The notes below the pieces were generated by a model. It had not been told where the DNA came from and searched no databases. It saw only the letters and a list, made by a program, of their open reading frames with translations. Shown here one piece after another: positions 35,874 through 44,176 of a DNA stretch of 64,000 bases. Origin of the DNA: a virus. Lineage: Duplodnaviria > Caudoviricetes. The stretch's first letter is position 1. Each line of letters starts with the position of its first letter. The translations under genes and the position numbers were made by a program. The stretch is taken from the IMG/VR virus record IMGVR_UViG_2923682817_000001, positions 32,001-96,000 of that record; one strand, 5' to 3'.

Positions 35874-35916
35874 TCCTACTGGATTTACGTTTTGGGTACG
35901 TAAGTCCAGATTAGGA
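35874..35916. promoter_or_regulatory. imperfect inverted repeat covering the spoVS RBS and putative promoter
   Basis: TCCTA-CTGGA-TTACGT / ACGTAA-GTCCAG-TAGGA. Confidence 0.45.
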
Positions 35917-35940
35917 GCGAGGCTTTTTTGGATGGTAAAA

Positions 35941-35983
35941 GTGAAAAGCCCCAGTGCCTTGTGGGCGCCTGAGGCTTTTCACT
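35941..35983 (-). terminator. terminator
   Basis: GTGAAAAGCC..CAG / CTG..GGCTTTTCAC. Confidence 0.7.
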
Positions 35984-36023
35984 TCATGGATAGCGATGCG
36001 CATCCGTCCGTGTCCTGCCCCCA

Positions 36024-36593
36024 TTATGCCGCAGGTGGCGCCTCGGTGTGTAGTTTCAGTTCCTGGAGTACGGATTTCTCGTACGGATAGTTGGTATTTC
36101 CCGTATCGATGGCCTCCGCAATGCGGGCCAGCGCGTAGGCGTCGGCGGCGTTATCGTTGGTGAACGCTCTGCCCCACCGTTCATTGACGGCCTTAACCAT
36201 TTTCTTCTTATCAGCGGAGCCGGAACCGGTGGTGAAAAGCTTGACCTGGTTCGGGGTAACGATCGTCGGGTACCGCGCTCGGCCGGGGATCAGGTCGTGA
36301 AGCAGGCCCTTGACCGCGTAACCGAGCTCGCCGGCCTTCTCCCGGCCGTTGCTTGAGCCGTAGGAGTAGCCCTCCATCGCCACGTGGGCGATCCCCAGCC
36401 GGTCATCGCGCAGCGAGATAGTCAGCCAGTATTCGATCGCCTTGAGCACATCCACGCCGGGAGTGACCTTGAGCTGCTTGGCGTCGAACTTCCTCACGAT
36501 CGTGCTGTCACAGCTCCGGGCGCCATCCACGTAGAGCTTGCTCAGGCCGAACCCTCCACGCGACTGGTCAATGCCGACATACAGCTTCACCAT
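36024..36593 (-). CDS. ruvC: RuvC-like Holliday junction resolvase
   Basis: YVGIDQS, MEGYS, GELG, VKLFTTG.G.ADK, DNAADAY. Confidence 0.85.
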   Translation of the reverse strand: MVKLYVGIDQSRGGFGLSKLYVDGARSCDSTIVRKFDAKQLKVTPGVDVLKAIEYWLTISLRDDRLGIAHVAMEGYSYGSSNGREKAGELGYAVKGLLHDLIPGRARYPTIVTPNQVKLFTTGSGSADKKKMVKAVNERWGRAFTNDNAADAYALARIAEAIDTGNTNYPYEKSVLQELKLHTEAPPAA

Positions 36594-36811
36594 GCGAATT
36601 CGCCGGTTTCGGTGACGAACTCGCGGGTGACGTCGTGCCATACGATCTCACCGTTGACGTTGCCGAACGCCTGGTAGATCCGGATCCGCTGACGCTCGTG
36701 CGAGTACCGGCCGTTGAGCGCGAGCTTCACGTGACCTCGCTGGGCGTACGGCCGATCCCGCCTACCGCCCTTGATGAAGTAGATCTCCTTGGGGAGGTTC
36801 GGCGTCTTCAC
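36587..36811 (-). CDS. hypothetical protein, paralog of 36808-37080
   Basis: EIYF..Y.QRGHVK.AL..WHDVT.EFV. Confidence 0.7.
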   Translation of the reverse strand: MKTPNLPKEIYFIKGGRRDRPYAQRGHVKLALNGRYSHERQRIRIYQAFGNVNGEIVWHDVTREFVTETGEFAW

Positions 36812-37080
36812 CAGGCCCACTTCCCGTCCTTGACGAAGGTCTCGGTGACGTTGGTCCAGCCCTCGGCTGCGCCGATTTCTGACCGCAGGATCTTCAGCTT
36901 CGGGTGGGGGATGTAGCTTGGCGGCTGACCGATGTGATCTTCCGGAACGTAGGTCTGCCACGACGTGTTGTTCTTCAACGCGCCCTTGACGGATGCACGC
37001 GTCCAATACGCACCGTGGTAACAGCCGGTGCTGACGTAGTAGACCTCAGACGGAGGCTTGTCATTGAACATGGGACTCAC
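36808..37080 (-). CDS. hypothetical protein
   Basis: EVYY..YWTRASVK.AL..WTNVT.TFV. Confidence 0.7.
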   Translation of the reverse strand: MSPMFNDKPPSEVYYVSTGCYHGAYWTRASVKGALKNNTSWQTYVPEDHIGQPPSYIPHPKLKILRSEIGAAEGWTNVTETFVKDGKWAW

Positions 37081-37646
37081 TGGGGGGCCGTCCTCTGTAC
37101 GTTGATGCGGTGCATGACCATGTCGGCGCGGGCGTGCAGGTCGGTCAGGTCGCCGTCGTTGCGGACCACGAAGTCGAGCAGCTGCGGGGGCAGGGTGGCC
37201 TGCTCCTGGGAGTTGGCCGGGCCGACGCCGGGGCGAAGGAGGTTGACCAGCTGGGCGCCGAGGGTGGCCTTGAGGACCATGGCCTCATTGAGCTGGCGGA
37301 CGTCGGAGAAGACCACCCGCTGGGCCTCCCCCATCCGATCGATCGCTGCGTTGATCCAGATTCGGGAGTCGACCCGCTGACGCATTGACTGTCCAAGGGC
37401 GACCATCATCCGGCGGATTTCCGGGTAGAGGATCTTGGCCTCGCCCCAGCCGATGGTGTCGATGACCTCGCGCAGGTGCACCGGCCGGCCGTCGTCGACC
37501 ATCAGGACGGGGTTGGTGTCGAGCAAGACGTCGCGCAGCGGGTCAGCGAAAGCGATCTTCTTGAAGCCATACCAGTGCACCAGGGTGTCGGCAAAGGCGT
37601 CCTTGCCGGAGCCGGCGAAGCCGTGCACGCCGAGAACAACGATCAT
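37077..37646 (-). CDS. deoxynucleoside monophosphate kinase
   Basis: GFAGSGKD P-loop, AFADPL, SDVR..NEA, V.NDG. Confidence 0.9.
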   Translation of the reverse strand: MIVVLGVHGFAGSGKDAFADTLVHWYGFKKIAFADPLRDVLLDTNPVLMVDDGRPVHLREVIDTIGWGEAKILYPEIRRMMVALGQSMRQRVDSRIWINAAIDRMGEAQRVVFSDVRQLNEAMVLKATLGAQLVNLLRPGVGPANSQEQATLPPQLLDFVVRNDGDLTDLHARADMVMHRINVQRTAPQ

Positions 37647-37801
37647 TCGTCGGCCTCCTCTTCAGGAGTGGTAATCGAGATCCGAACCACCAGCTTTCCC
37701 ATGCCCCACAGAAAAAGGACCGAGCCCATGACAGCCAGGGCGAACAGGCCCAGCACGGCGACCAGAAACTCCATGAATCCGGCAATCGTCATAACGTCCA
37801 T
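37643..37801 (-). CDS. 52-aa membrane protein
   Basis: FLVAVLGLFALAVMGSVLFLWG; coupled at both ends. Confidence 0.6.
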   Translation of the reverse strand: MDVMTIAGFMEFLVAVLGLFALAVMGSVLFLWGMGKLVVRISITTPEEEADE

Positions 37802-38493
37802 CAGGCCTCCACCTCGATGTCCTGGAAGGTGTTGGGGGCCAGTTCCTTGAGCGGCTCCAGGAAGAGCCTGGCCAGCTGGCGGATTTCCCTGTTGGCGCCC
37901 TCGGCCGCGCGCAGCTTGATCACATCGCGCCAGGCCCGCAGGTTGGCGGAGACGACCAGGTCAGTGGACGTCATCAGCGGCAGCACCTGGGCGCACGCCT
38001 CGCGGATTTCCTTCTTACTCAGGTCGCCGCGGTCCGACAGCCGCTCGGACAGAAACTCGTACTCCTCCTCAGCGCTGAGCCAGGCACGTTCCAACGCCTC
38101 GTAGATTTCCCGGTCGTCCTCGGCGGCCTCTTCCAGGGTGGGGTGGACGACGAATTCCCGGGGCGGACAAAAGCGCAGGCTCTCCACGCTGAACTGGTGG
38201 AAGCGGTGGCGAGTGAACTCCCCCAGCAGGTGTCGGGAGACGCCCTGGACCAGGAACGGGAACGACACGTGTTCGTAGATGTTGAAGTGCCGGCGTGCCT
38301 GAATGTTGGCGTGGTAGCCGCGGCTGGTGCGGGTCTCCTCCCGCGGCCGGTCGAAGGACCGATAGCAGCCGCGGCCGGCGAACTCGCCGATACGGTCGGC
38401 CGCGGTCGGCATCTCGTCCTCGAACTCCAGCGGCTGGAGCATCTCGTCAACGATCGGCGTGGTCTGAATGGTGTAGAGCAGGGAAATCTTCAC
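37801..38493 (-). CDS. thyX: flavin-dependent thymidylate synthase
   Basis: H.NIYEH, GVSR, RHR-x7-S-LR, N.RAWR, EIR. Confidence 0.92.
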   Translation of the reverse strand: MKISLLYTIQTTPIVDEMLQPLEFEDEMPTAADRIGEFAGRGCYRSFDRPREETRTSRGYHANIQARRHFNIYEHVSFPFLVQGVSRHLLGEFTRHRFHQFSVESLRFCPPREFVVHPTLEEAAEDDREIYEALERAWLSAEEEYEFLSERLSDRGDLSKKEIREACAQVLPLMTSTDLVVSANLRAWRDVIKLRAAEGANREIRQLARLFLEPLKELAPNTFQDIEVEA

Positions 38494-38822
38494 GGGGCAT
38501 CTCCGGTAGTGGCGGGGGCGAGGCAGCAGCCGTCACAGGTGTGGACGGCCATGTAGTCCATGCCGGCGGTGCGGTAGTAGGCCAGCGAGTCAGGGTCGGG
38601 GTGGTTGGCTCCGTGCTCGCAGGTCCGCTCGGCGAGGAACTGCTTATCGGCCCTGTAGGTGATCGGCCAGCGCCGCATGTGGTGGTCGGTCGGCTTGTGG
38701 ATCACGCAGCGGTCGCCGACGCAGGTCCGCACACCGTGGGTGCGAAGCAGCGTCGGAGGCTGGCCCGGGACCGGCTCGACGGAAAACAGCTCGTAGGTGT
38801 CGGGGTCGGTCAGGTGGTCCAT
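38490..38822 (-). CDS. Cys/His-rich hypothetical protein
   Basis: C.IH.P.DH.M..ER.C.HG..HPDPD..H.CDGCC. Confidence 0.8.
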   Translation of the reverse strand: MDHLTDPDTYELFSVEPVPGQPPTLLRTHGVRTCVGDRCVIHKPTDHHMRRWPITYRADKQFLAERTCEHGANHPDPDSLAYYRTAGMDYMAVHTCDGCCLAPATTGDAP

Positions 38823-39319
38823 TTGGCTGCTCTTCCTTCACGGTCTGATCGGGCGGTTCGTCGGGTGAGTTCGCGAGACAGGAAACGCTCCAGGCGCTCG
38901 GCGTTGAGGTAGCCGGTTTCCTCGCGTTTGCGGTCGGCGTAGGCGTCCAGGTAGGTGTCATTGGCCTGCTGCACCTCGTCGTCTGCGTAGGCGCCGGCCT
39001 TGGCCGCGGTGACGGACTTGGCGGCCTTACCGAGGACTGCCTGAGCTCGGCGGATCTCCAGCACGCTTTCGGCGTACTTTTCGGCTACCTGAGCTCGGGA
39101 GTGCTTCGCGCTGTGGTAGTTCACCCACTGAGACATCTCGCCGAACAGGCGCATCAGCTCGCCGTCGTCCAGGCCGGTTACGTCCTTCGGGATCCGCGGT
39201 GGCGCGTCGTCGGGTTCCTCGGGGTCGTACAGGCTTGCCAGCTGACGCTCGGCCTTCTGCTCCAGCCGCTTCTCCTCGGCGGCGGCGACCACGTTGCGGC
39301 TGCGTCGAATCGTCCGCAT
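38810..39319 (-). CDS. coiled-coil hypothetical protein
   Basis: P.DVT.LDD.ELM.L..LSRELTRR. Confidence 0.75.
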   Translation of the reverse strand: MRTIRRSRNVVAAAEEKRLEQKAERQLASLYDPEEPDDAPPRIPKDVTGLDDGELMRLFGEMSQWVNYHSAKHSRAQVAEKYAESVLEIRRAQAVLGKAAKSVTAAKAGAYADDEVQQANDTYLDAYADRKREETGYLNAERLERFLSRELTRRTARSDREGRAAKWTT

Positions 39320-40283
39320 CGCTTCCCTTCCAGCATTCGGTAGCCCAGCTGCAGGAGCTGCACGGCTTCTTGTCGGACTTGTCGAAAGCGCGCGGCGGGA
39401 CCGGTCCCCCGTGCAGCGCGTCGGCGACGGATTCGGCCTTGGCCAGCAGCGGCTCGATCACGCGGGGGCTGATCTTGATCGTGAACGATTTGGTCTGCTG
39501 ATTCGGCTTGAACTCGTACAGGAAGACCATTTCGTCTACGTCGATGCCCATGAGCTGGGCGATTTTCAGGTAGACGTTCGCCTGCTTGACGTGGGGCTTC
39601 AGAGGCCTCTGAAGGTCGGCCCACAGGCCGTCCAGGTCGACCAGGTTCTTTCCGTTGACCGTGGCGTGGGTGTGCTTCTTCAGCAGCTCCGGCTCGTCCA
39701 TCCGGACGGTTCCCTTGCCGATGGACTTGATCTCGATCAGGCGGCGGCCCACCTTGCCGTCGGCGTGGCCGCAGATCAGCAGCTCCTTCTCGGCGTCCAG
39801 CGGGACCTCGCCGTAGGTGAGGCCTGTCACGCTGTCGCACTTGGTGCAGGAGAGCGGGTCGGTACCGAAGTCGACGCCGCGCCGGCCGCAGTCCAGGCAG
39901 TCCCAGCGGCCTTCCAGCACCCCCATCTCCCGCAGCCAGCCCTGCCACTTGCGGTGGATGTCGTGCCCCTCCTCGAAGATGGACAAGGTGCCGACGGCGA
40001 ACTGTTCACCCGCGTACGGTTTGCCGTCCCGAACGTCGCGGATGCGGTAGTAGGTGGCCCTGGGGCACCAGTCGTGGGCGGCCATTTCGGAGGGGTGGAT
40101 GATGTCTTGGCGCCGGTCTGAGGGGGCGTCGGCCTTCTTGATCAGGTGGGCCTGAATGTCTCCCATCAGGCCGCCGGTTTTCCGGGTGTTGGCCAGGTCT
40201 GCCAGGCGTCCCTGAAGCTTCAGTCGAGCAGGAGAAGGTCGTCCTCGTCGAAGTCGCTTGGCTTTGGTGTCGGCGGGTGCCAC
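39027..40283 (-). CDS. Cas4-like PD-(D/E)xK exonuclease
   Basis: HPSE..WCPR, GH.IH, GHADG..IEIKS, Q..Y, C-x2-C-x5-C; the 3' end overlaps the next gene by about 290 nt. Confidence 0.8.
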   Translation of the reverse strand: MAPADTKAKRLRRGRPSPARLKLQGRLADLANTRKTGGLMGDIQAHLIKKADAPSDRRQDIIHPSEMAAHDWCPRATYYRIRDVRDGKPYAGEQFAVGTLSIFEEGHDIHRKWQGWLREMGVLEGRWDCLDCGRRGVDFGTDPLSCTKCDSVTGLTYGEVPLDAEKELLICGHADGKVGRRLIEIKSIGKGTVRMDEPELLKKHTHATVNGKNLVDLDGLWADLQRPLKPHVKQANVYLKIAQLMGIDVDEMVFLYEFKPNQQTKSFTIKISPRVIEPLLAKAESVADALHGGPVPPRAFDKSDKKPCSSCSWATECWKGSDADDSTQPQRGRRRRGEAAGAEGRASAGKPVRPRGTRRRATADPEGRNRPGRRRADAPVRRDVSVGELPQREALPSSGSRKVRRKRAGDPPSSGSPR

Positions 40284-40594
40284 TTCAGCTCCAGGTAGGG
40301 ATCGGCCCGGCGGGCGAGGCGGAGGTTGCGTCGGTCGTGTGGGAGCATTCCGCCCCATACGCCGCCCGTCTCGTTGTTGATCAGCGCGAAGTCCAGGCAG
40401 GTGTCTCGCATGGGGCACCGGCGGCCGTCGGATTCGCCGTTGCAGATGTCCAGGCAGTCGATCTCGTATTCGACGTCGAACCAGGGGTCGTAGCCGCGCG
40501 AGAGGTCCGGCGGGAACTTGAGGCACTTGGCGGCTTTGGTGTCGTTGCCGGCTGCTCTCCAGTCCGGGGCCTTCACCCGCGGCTTGAGGACCAC
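40220..40594 (-). CDS. whiB: WhiB-family transcription factor
   Basis: 4 Cys, CPMRDTC, GVWGG. Confidence 0.88.
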   Translation of the reverse strand: MVLKPRVKAPDWRAAGNDTKAAKCLKFPPDLSRGYDPWFDVEYEIDCLDICNGESDGRRCPMRDTCLDFALINNETGGVWGGMLPHDRRNLRLARRADPYLELKWHPPTPKPSDFDEDDLLLLD

Positions 40595-40902
40595 TAGCCG
40601 GCCTCCTGTACCAGCGTCAGGTAGTCCTCTTCGGACATCACCAGCCAGTTCCGCCCGCCCATCTGGATGCCGAAGAGCATCGACCTGCCGTTGTCGAGCA
40701 GGGCTTGGCGCTCGGCGGCCAGCAGCTCGGCCAGCTTCAGCGGATACTGCTTGGCTGAGGTGACCTTGTATTCGATCGACGTGGTCGGGGTGCGGACATC
40801 GTTCTTACGCCAGGGGCCGTTTCCGGAGCCGCTGTTGACGGTCCCACCGTGAAGTGCCGCGCCGCGGCGCTCCTGCTGGCGGGAGTCCTTGAGGCTGCTC
40901 AC
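40594..40902 (-). CDS. PD-(D/E)xK Holliday-junction-resolvase-like nuclease
   Basis: QQE..A..GSG..KNDV..IEYK.T. Confidence 0.7.
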   Translation of the reverse strand: MSSLKDSRQQERRGAALHGGTVNSGSGNGPWRKNDVRTPTTSIEYKVTSAKQYPLKLAELLAAERQALLDNGRSMLFGIQMGGRNWLVMSEEDYLTLVQEAG

Positions 40903-41228
40903 TTCGGAACCTCCCCGAGCTCCTTGGCGCGCTTCACGACCGCCCCGAGGGTGTCGTAGAAGTCGCGTGCCAGCCCCTTGCCGAACTCGTCGCTGTTGAT
41001 CCAGTCACTGAACGCGCGCAGGCGGCGGATCTCGGCCACCAGCTGCGGCGCGTACTCGCGCATCACCAGGTAGAAGGTCAGGTCTCGGCCGCGGTCGTCG
41101 TCGGTCAGGCGTAGGCCGTCGGGGAAGCGGCGGCGAGTGAATTCCGGGTCTCCGGGACGGCCGGGCCAGAAGTCGGTGACGACCTCGTTGGAGAGCTTCT
41201 CCAGGTAGTCGAGCGTCTCGGGGGTCAT
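40899..41228 (-). CDS. hypothetical protein
   Basis: APQLVAEIRRLR; coupled. Confidence 0.7.
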   Translation of the reverse strand: MTPETLDYLEKLSNEVVTDFWPGRPGDPEFTRRRFPDGLRLTDDDRGRDLTFYLVMREYAPQLVAEIRRLRAFSDWINSDEFGKGLARDFYDTLGAVVKRAKELGEVPK

Positions 41229-41344
41229 GCGAATAGTCCGTTCAGTGCTATGACGAGTAGGCCAGCGGCGAGCATGGTCAGGCCGATAAAGATGAGCAGC
41301 AGACCTTTTTCGGCGCCGGTCGCGGGCCTGCGGTGGGCGGCCAT
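41225..41344 (-). CDS. 39-aa membrane peptide
   Basis: GLLLIFIGLTMLAAGLLVIALNGLFA; coupled at both ends. Confidence 0.55.
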   Translation of the reverse strand: MAAHRRPATGAEKGLLLIFIGLTMLAAGLLVIALNGLFA

Positions 41345-41907
41345 CAAAACAGCGTCCGCTGGTCGGGGTGCACGGCCGGCGGATGTGCGGCGCCGGTGAG
41401 GAAGTCGTGGATCTGCTTGTCATGGTGGGCATCGGACAGCGCATGGTGCGGCCGGCCGATCTGCTTGGGCAGGCGCGGCTTTCCCATCCGGACGATTTCC
41501 TGCTGGAGCTCGTTGGTGTACTTCGGGCAGTGCTGCGGGAGGTCGAGCATCCGGCCGAACAGCTGCGCGAGGGCCACGTGATCGTAGGCGGCGTAGTAGG
41601 CCCACAACTCCGGATCGGGGGTCTCCCCGATGAAGGCAGAGACATCATCGGCAATGTTGTGAGGACGCCGGACGGCTCCGTACTCCGGGTGCTCGTAGTC
41701 CCAGTCCCAGATTTTCGTGGTGCCGGTGTATCGAACGGGCAGGTGCGGAAAGACGTTGTCCATCAACCAGGGGTTGCCGAGCATCCTGGGGATGTTGGCC
41801 GGGCTGACCCGGTAGAGCTCGCGGCCGTCCTCGGCCACCATGCCTATGGAGATGAACAGGATCCGGTCCCCGGTATCCACGAACTCGGTGTCGTACCAGA
41901 TTTTCAC
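41344..41907 (-). CDS. DEDD 3'-5' exoribonuclease (Rv2179c/DUF5051-like)
   Basis: YDTEF, ISIGMV, WAYYAAYDHV, HHALSDA. Confidence 0.88.
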   Translation of the reverse strand: MKIWYDTEFVDTGDRILFISIGMVAEDGRELYRVSPANIPRMLGNPWLMDNVFPHLPVRYTGTTKIWDWDYEHPEYGAVRRPHNIADDVSAFIGETPDPELWAYYAAYDHVALAQLFGRMLDLPQHCPKYTNELQQEIVRMGKPRLPKQIGRPHHALSDAHHDKQIHDFLTGAAHPPAVHPDQRTLF

Positions 41908-42008
41908 TGGGGGTCCTCTCGGTCCTGCTCGAACTGTGCCGCGATGGCGTCGGCGAGCAGGACCACGATCAGGAAGGCGAAGAAGATCGCCGCGAAGGTG
42001 TGCTTCAC
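41904..42008 (-). CDS. 34-aa membrane peptide
   Basis: FAAIFFAFLIVVLLA; GTGA overlaps at both ends. Confidence 0.55.
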   Translation of the reverse strand: MKHTFAAIFFAFLIVVLLADAIAAQFEQDREDPQ

Positions 42009-42097
42009 TTCTTGCCGCGCTCCCGCCAGGCGCTGATGGCCTGGGTGAGGGTGAAGTAGGTGAGGATCATGGCCATGCCGATCAGGAAGTCACTCAC
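42005..42097 (-). CDS. 30-aa membrane peptide
   Basis: FLIGMAMILTYFTL; GTGA overlaps at both ends. Confidence 0.5.
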   Translation of the reverse strand: MSDFLIGMAMILTYFTLTQAISAWRERGKK

Positions 42098-42312
42098 TGG
42101 GCCGCTTTCTTCGCGTTGGCCCAGTCGCAGCTAGGGCCGCCCTTACTGGCGCCGCTCCAGACCAGGCACAGAACCCTGCGGCCGTCCTGGGTCTGGACCT
42201 GTACCTCGGACCAGCTCTGCGGGCTTTCGGGAGACCGGTTGAGCTCAGCGCAGCCGGAAGTTGCCAGGACCAGGCCAGCCAGGGCGGTGAGAAGAAGTCC
42301 GCGGCGCTTCAC
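42094..42312 (-). CDS. small lipoprotein
   Basis: LATSGC lipobox; DGR.V.C..SCDW. Confidence 0.7.
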   Translation of the reverse strand: MKRRGLLLTALAGLVLATSGCAELNRSPESPQSWSEVQVQTQDGRRVLCLVWSGASKGGPSCDWANAKKAAQ

Positions 42313-42605
42313 TGGACACCGTCCTGCGGGCACTTCGAGTCGCGCTCGACCCAGATCTGAGAGGCGTACTCGGTCTTGTCGTCACTAGACCCGTGGGTGG
42401 TCGACCAGACGCGGAACCCGTGGGAGCACTTGGTGGCGAGGTTGCCGAAGGTGTCGGGCATGTTGATGATCTCGGCGCCGGAGTTGTCGACCTTGCCGAT
42501 CGGGGTGTCCCCGCGGCCGTTTTTCTGGTTGAACTCCGAGCAGCCGGTCAGCAGCAGAGCGGCGGCCACTGAGCCGGCGACCAGGAAGAGGGTATGGCTA
42601 CGCAT
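42309..42605 (-). CDS. lipoprotein
   Basis: LLTGC lipobox; MPDTFGN.ATKC. Confidence 0.75.
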   Translation of the reverse strand: MRSHTLFLVAGSVAAALLLTGCSEFNQKNGRGDTPIGKVDNSGAEIINMPDTFGNLATKCSHGFRVWSTTHGSSDDKTEYASQIWVERDSKCPQDGVQ

Positions 42606-43674
42606 CAGCGGTGTCCTTGAGGTTTTCGTGGTCGGGGCGGGCCGCGGCGGCGAGGATGTCGGCGCGCAGCTGGCCCTGCAGCTCGGCGTCTTCGCGCAGG
42701 TCGTCCAGGAGTTTTTCCTTGCCCGGACCCCACCGGCGTTCGCCGACGGTGTAGTAGGCGCCGCGGCGGACGATCAGGTCGTAGAGCAGGCCGTAGGTGA
42801 GCAGTTCCTTGACGGTGTCGTAGTCGCCGCGCGAGAAGCCCAGCACCGGGGCGTCGCGGAAGAAAAAGTCCACGGTCGCGACCTGCTGGGGCGGGCCGGC
42901 CTTGTGCTTGATGGTGCGCACCTTGATGACTTGGCCGACGCGCGTCTTGCCCTTGCCGGGGCGGGACTCGTCGATGAACTCGTCTCGCTTGACTTCGACG
43001 CGGGTGTAGAAAAAGTAGTTCTTGGCCTTGCCGCCGGGCGTGGTCTGGGGCACCCCGTGGGGGCTGAATCCGCCGATCTGGTCGCGGTACTGGTTGATGA
43101 TGATGCCGAGGATCGGGCGCTCTTCGCCGTTCATGGCGCGCTTGGTGGCGGCGCCGGCTTTTCTGAAGAACTTGCCGGTGAGCCTGGCGCCGAGTGCGAC
43201 CACGGCGTCTTCCATCGTCTTCTCGGCCTCTTCCGACGGGATCAGGGCCGGGTAGGAGTCGAGCACAATCGCGTCGACCGACTTGGATTCGGCGAAGCGG
43301 AGCATGGTTTCGTAGGCGAATTCCATGTCCTGGGTCGGGACCACGATGACGCGGGAGTTGTCGACGCCGAGGGCCTTGGCCTGGTCGGCGTCGTAGTGCT
43401 CGGCGGCGATCCACAAGGCCACGAACGCCGGATTGAGGCGCTGATTGGCCGCGATGGTCTTGAGGACGATCGCCGTCTTGCCCTGGCTCTCCTTGCCGAT
43501 CACCTCGACCCACTGGTTACCGGGCCAGCCGCCCCCGAGGATCACGTCTAGGCCGAGAGATCCGGTCGTGAATCGGGCTCCGAGCACCATGTCAGTGCCG
43601 GCGACGATGGCGCCTTCCCCGTGCTCCTTATTGATCTTCGCGATGAGGGCGGCGGCCTCGGGGGCGAGGGTCAC
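42598..43674 (-). CDS. recA: RecA/UvsX-like recombinase
   Basis: TGSLGLDVILGGG.P, GKESQGKT, VLDS, INQ.R, TTPGG. Confidence 0.93.
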   Translation of the reverse strand: MTLAPEAAALIAKINKEHGEGAIVAGTDMVLGARFTTGSLGLDVILGGGWPGNQWVEVIGKESQGKTAIVLKTIAANQRLNPAFVALWIAAEHYDADQAKALGVDNSRVIVVPTQDMEFAYETMLRFAESKSVDAIVLDSYPALIPSEEAEKTMEDAVVALGARLTGKFFRKAGAATKRAMNGEERPILGIIINQYRDQIGGFSPHGVPQTTPGGKAKNYFFYTRVEVKRDEFIDESRPGKGKTRVGQVIKVRTIKHKAGPPQQVATVDFFFRDAPVLGFSRGDYDTVKELLTYGLLYDLIVRRGAYYTVGERRWGPGKEKLLDDLREDAELQGQLRADILAAAARPDHENLKDTADA

Positions 43675-43883
43675 AGTCCGTTCCTGCGGTCGGCTACGGC
43701 CTTCTTGGCACGGGCCTTGGGCGGCAGGTCCTTGGCGACCGGCGGGAGCGTGCGGATCGCGTTGTAGTCAACGGCGTCCATGCCTTCGCCGGATTTCGCG
43801 CCGGCGCGGGAGAGCGCGGACTTTCCGTCCAGAATGCGGCCGTCGGCGGCGAGGGCCTTGGGGGTGCTGCAGGGGCCGGGCAA
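43671..43883 (-). CDS. small hypothetical protein
   Basis: AGGAG RBS, TTG start, coupled to recA. Confidence 0.6.
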   Translation of the reverse strand: MPGPCSTPKALAADGRILDGKSALSRAGAKSGEGMDAVDYNAIRTLPPVAKDLPPKARAKKAVADRRNGL

Positions 43884-44038
43884 TTCAGGCTCCTAACTTG
43901 GACAAACGGAAATGGTGTGGGTGAAACGCTAAGGAATCACCCACACCATCACCAGTTAGGACCCAACTACTGAAAGCGTTTAATTTCCGGCGGCCACTGT
44001 CTTTTTTGATTACCCCTCGGCGGGGGTAGGGCTGTTTG

Positions 44039-44176
44039 TCAGTGCGGCGAGCAGACGTGCTCGCCGGCCGCCTCGTCCATCTCCGAAAGGGCGGTGCCCG
44101 CAACCACTTCCATGAGTGCGTCCTGGCAGGTATCGCAGGTCAGCCAGTAGTAGCCGCTGTCGCCGTTGATGTACAT
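44039..44176 (-). CDS. 45-aa CxxC..HxC small protein
   Basis: WLTCDTC..EHVC; TGATG-coupled to RNR. Confidence 0.55.
   Translation of the reverse strand: MYINGDSGYYWLTCDTCQDALMEVVAGTALSEMDEAAGEHVCSPH

Noticed and set aside
39027-40283. Cas4 as part of a CRISPR-Cas locus
   Set aside because: No array or other cas genes; solo Cas4-like nucleases are common in phage recombination modules
43932-43955. AGGAAT upstream of the recA operon as a tenth operator
   Set aside because: No ATTCCT partner at 12-nt spacing
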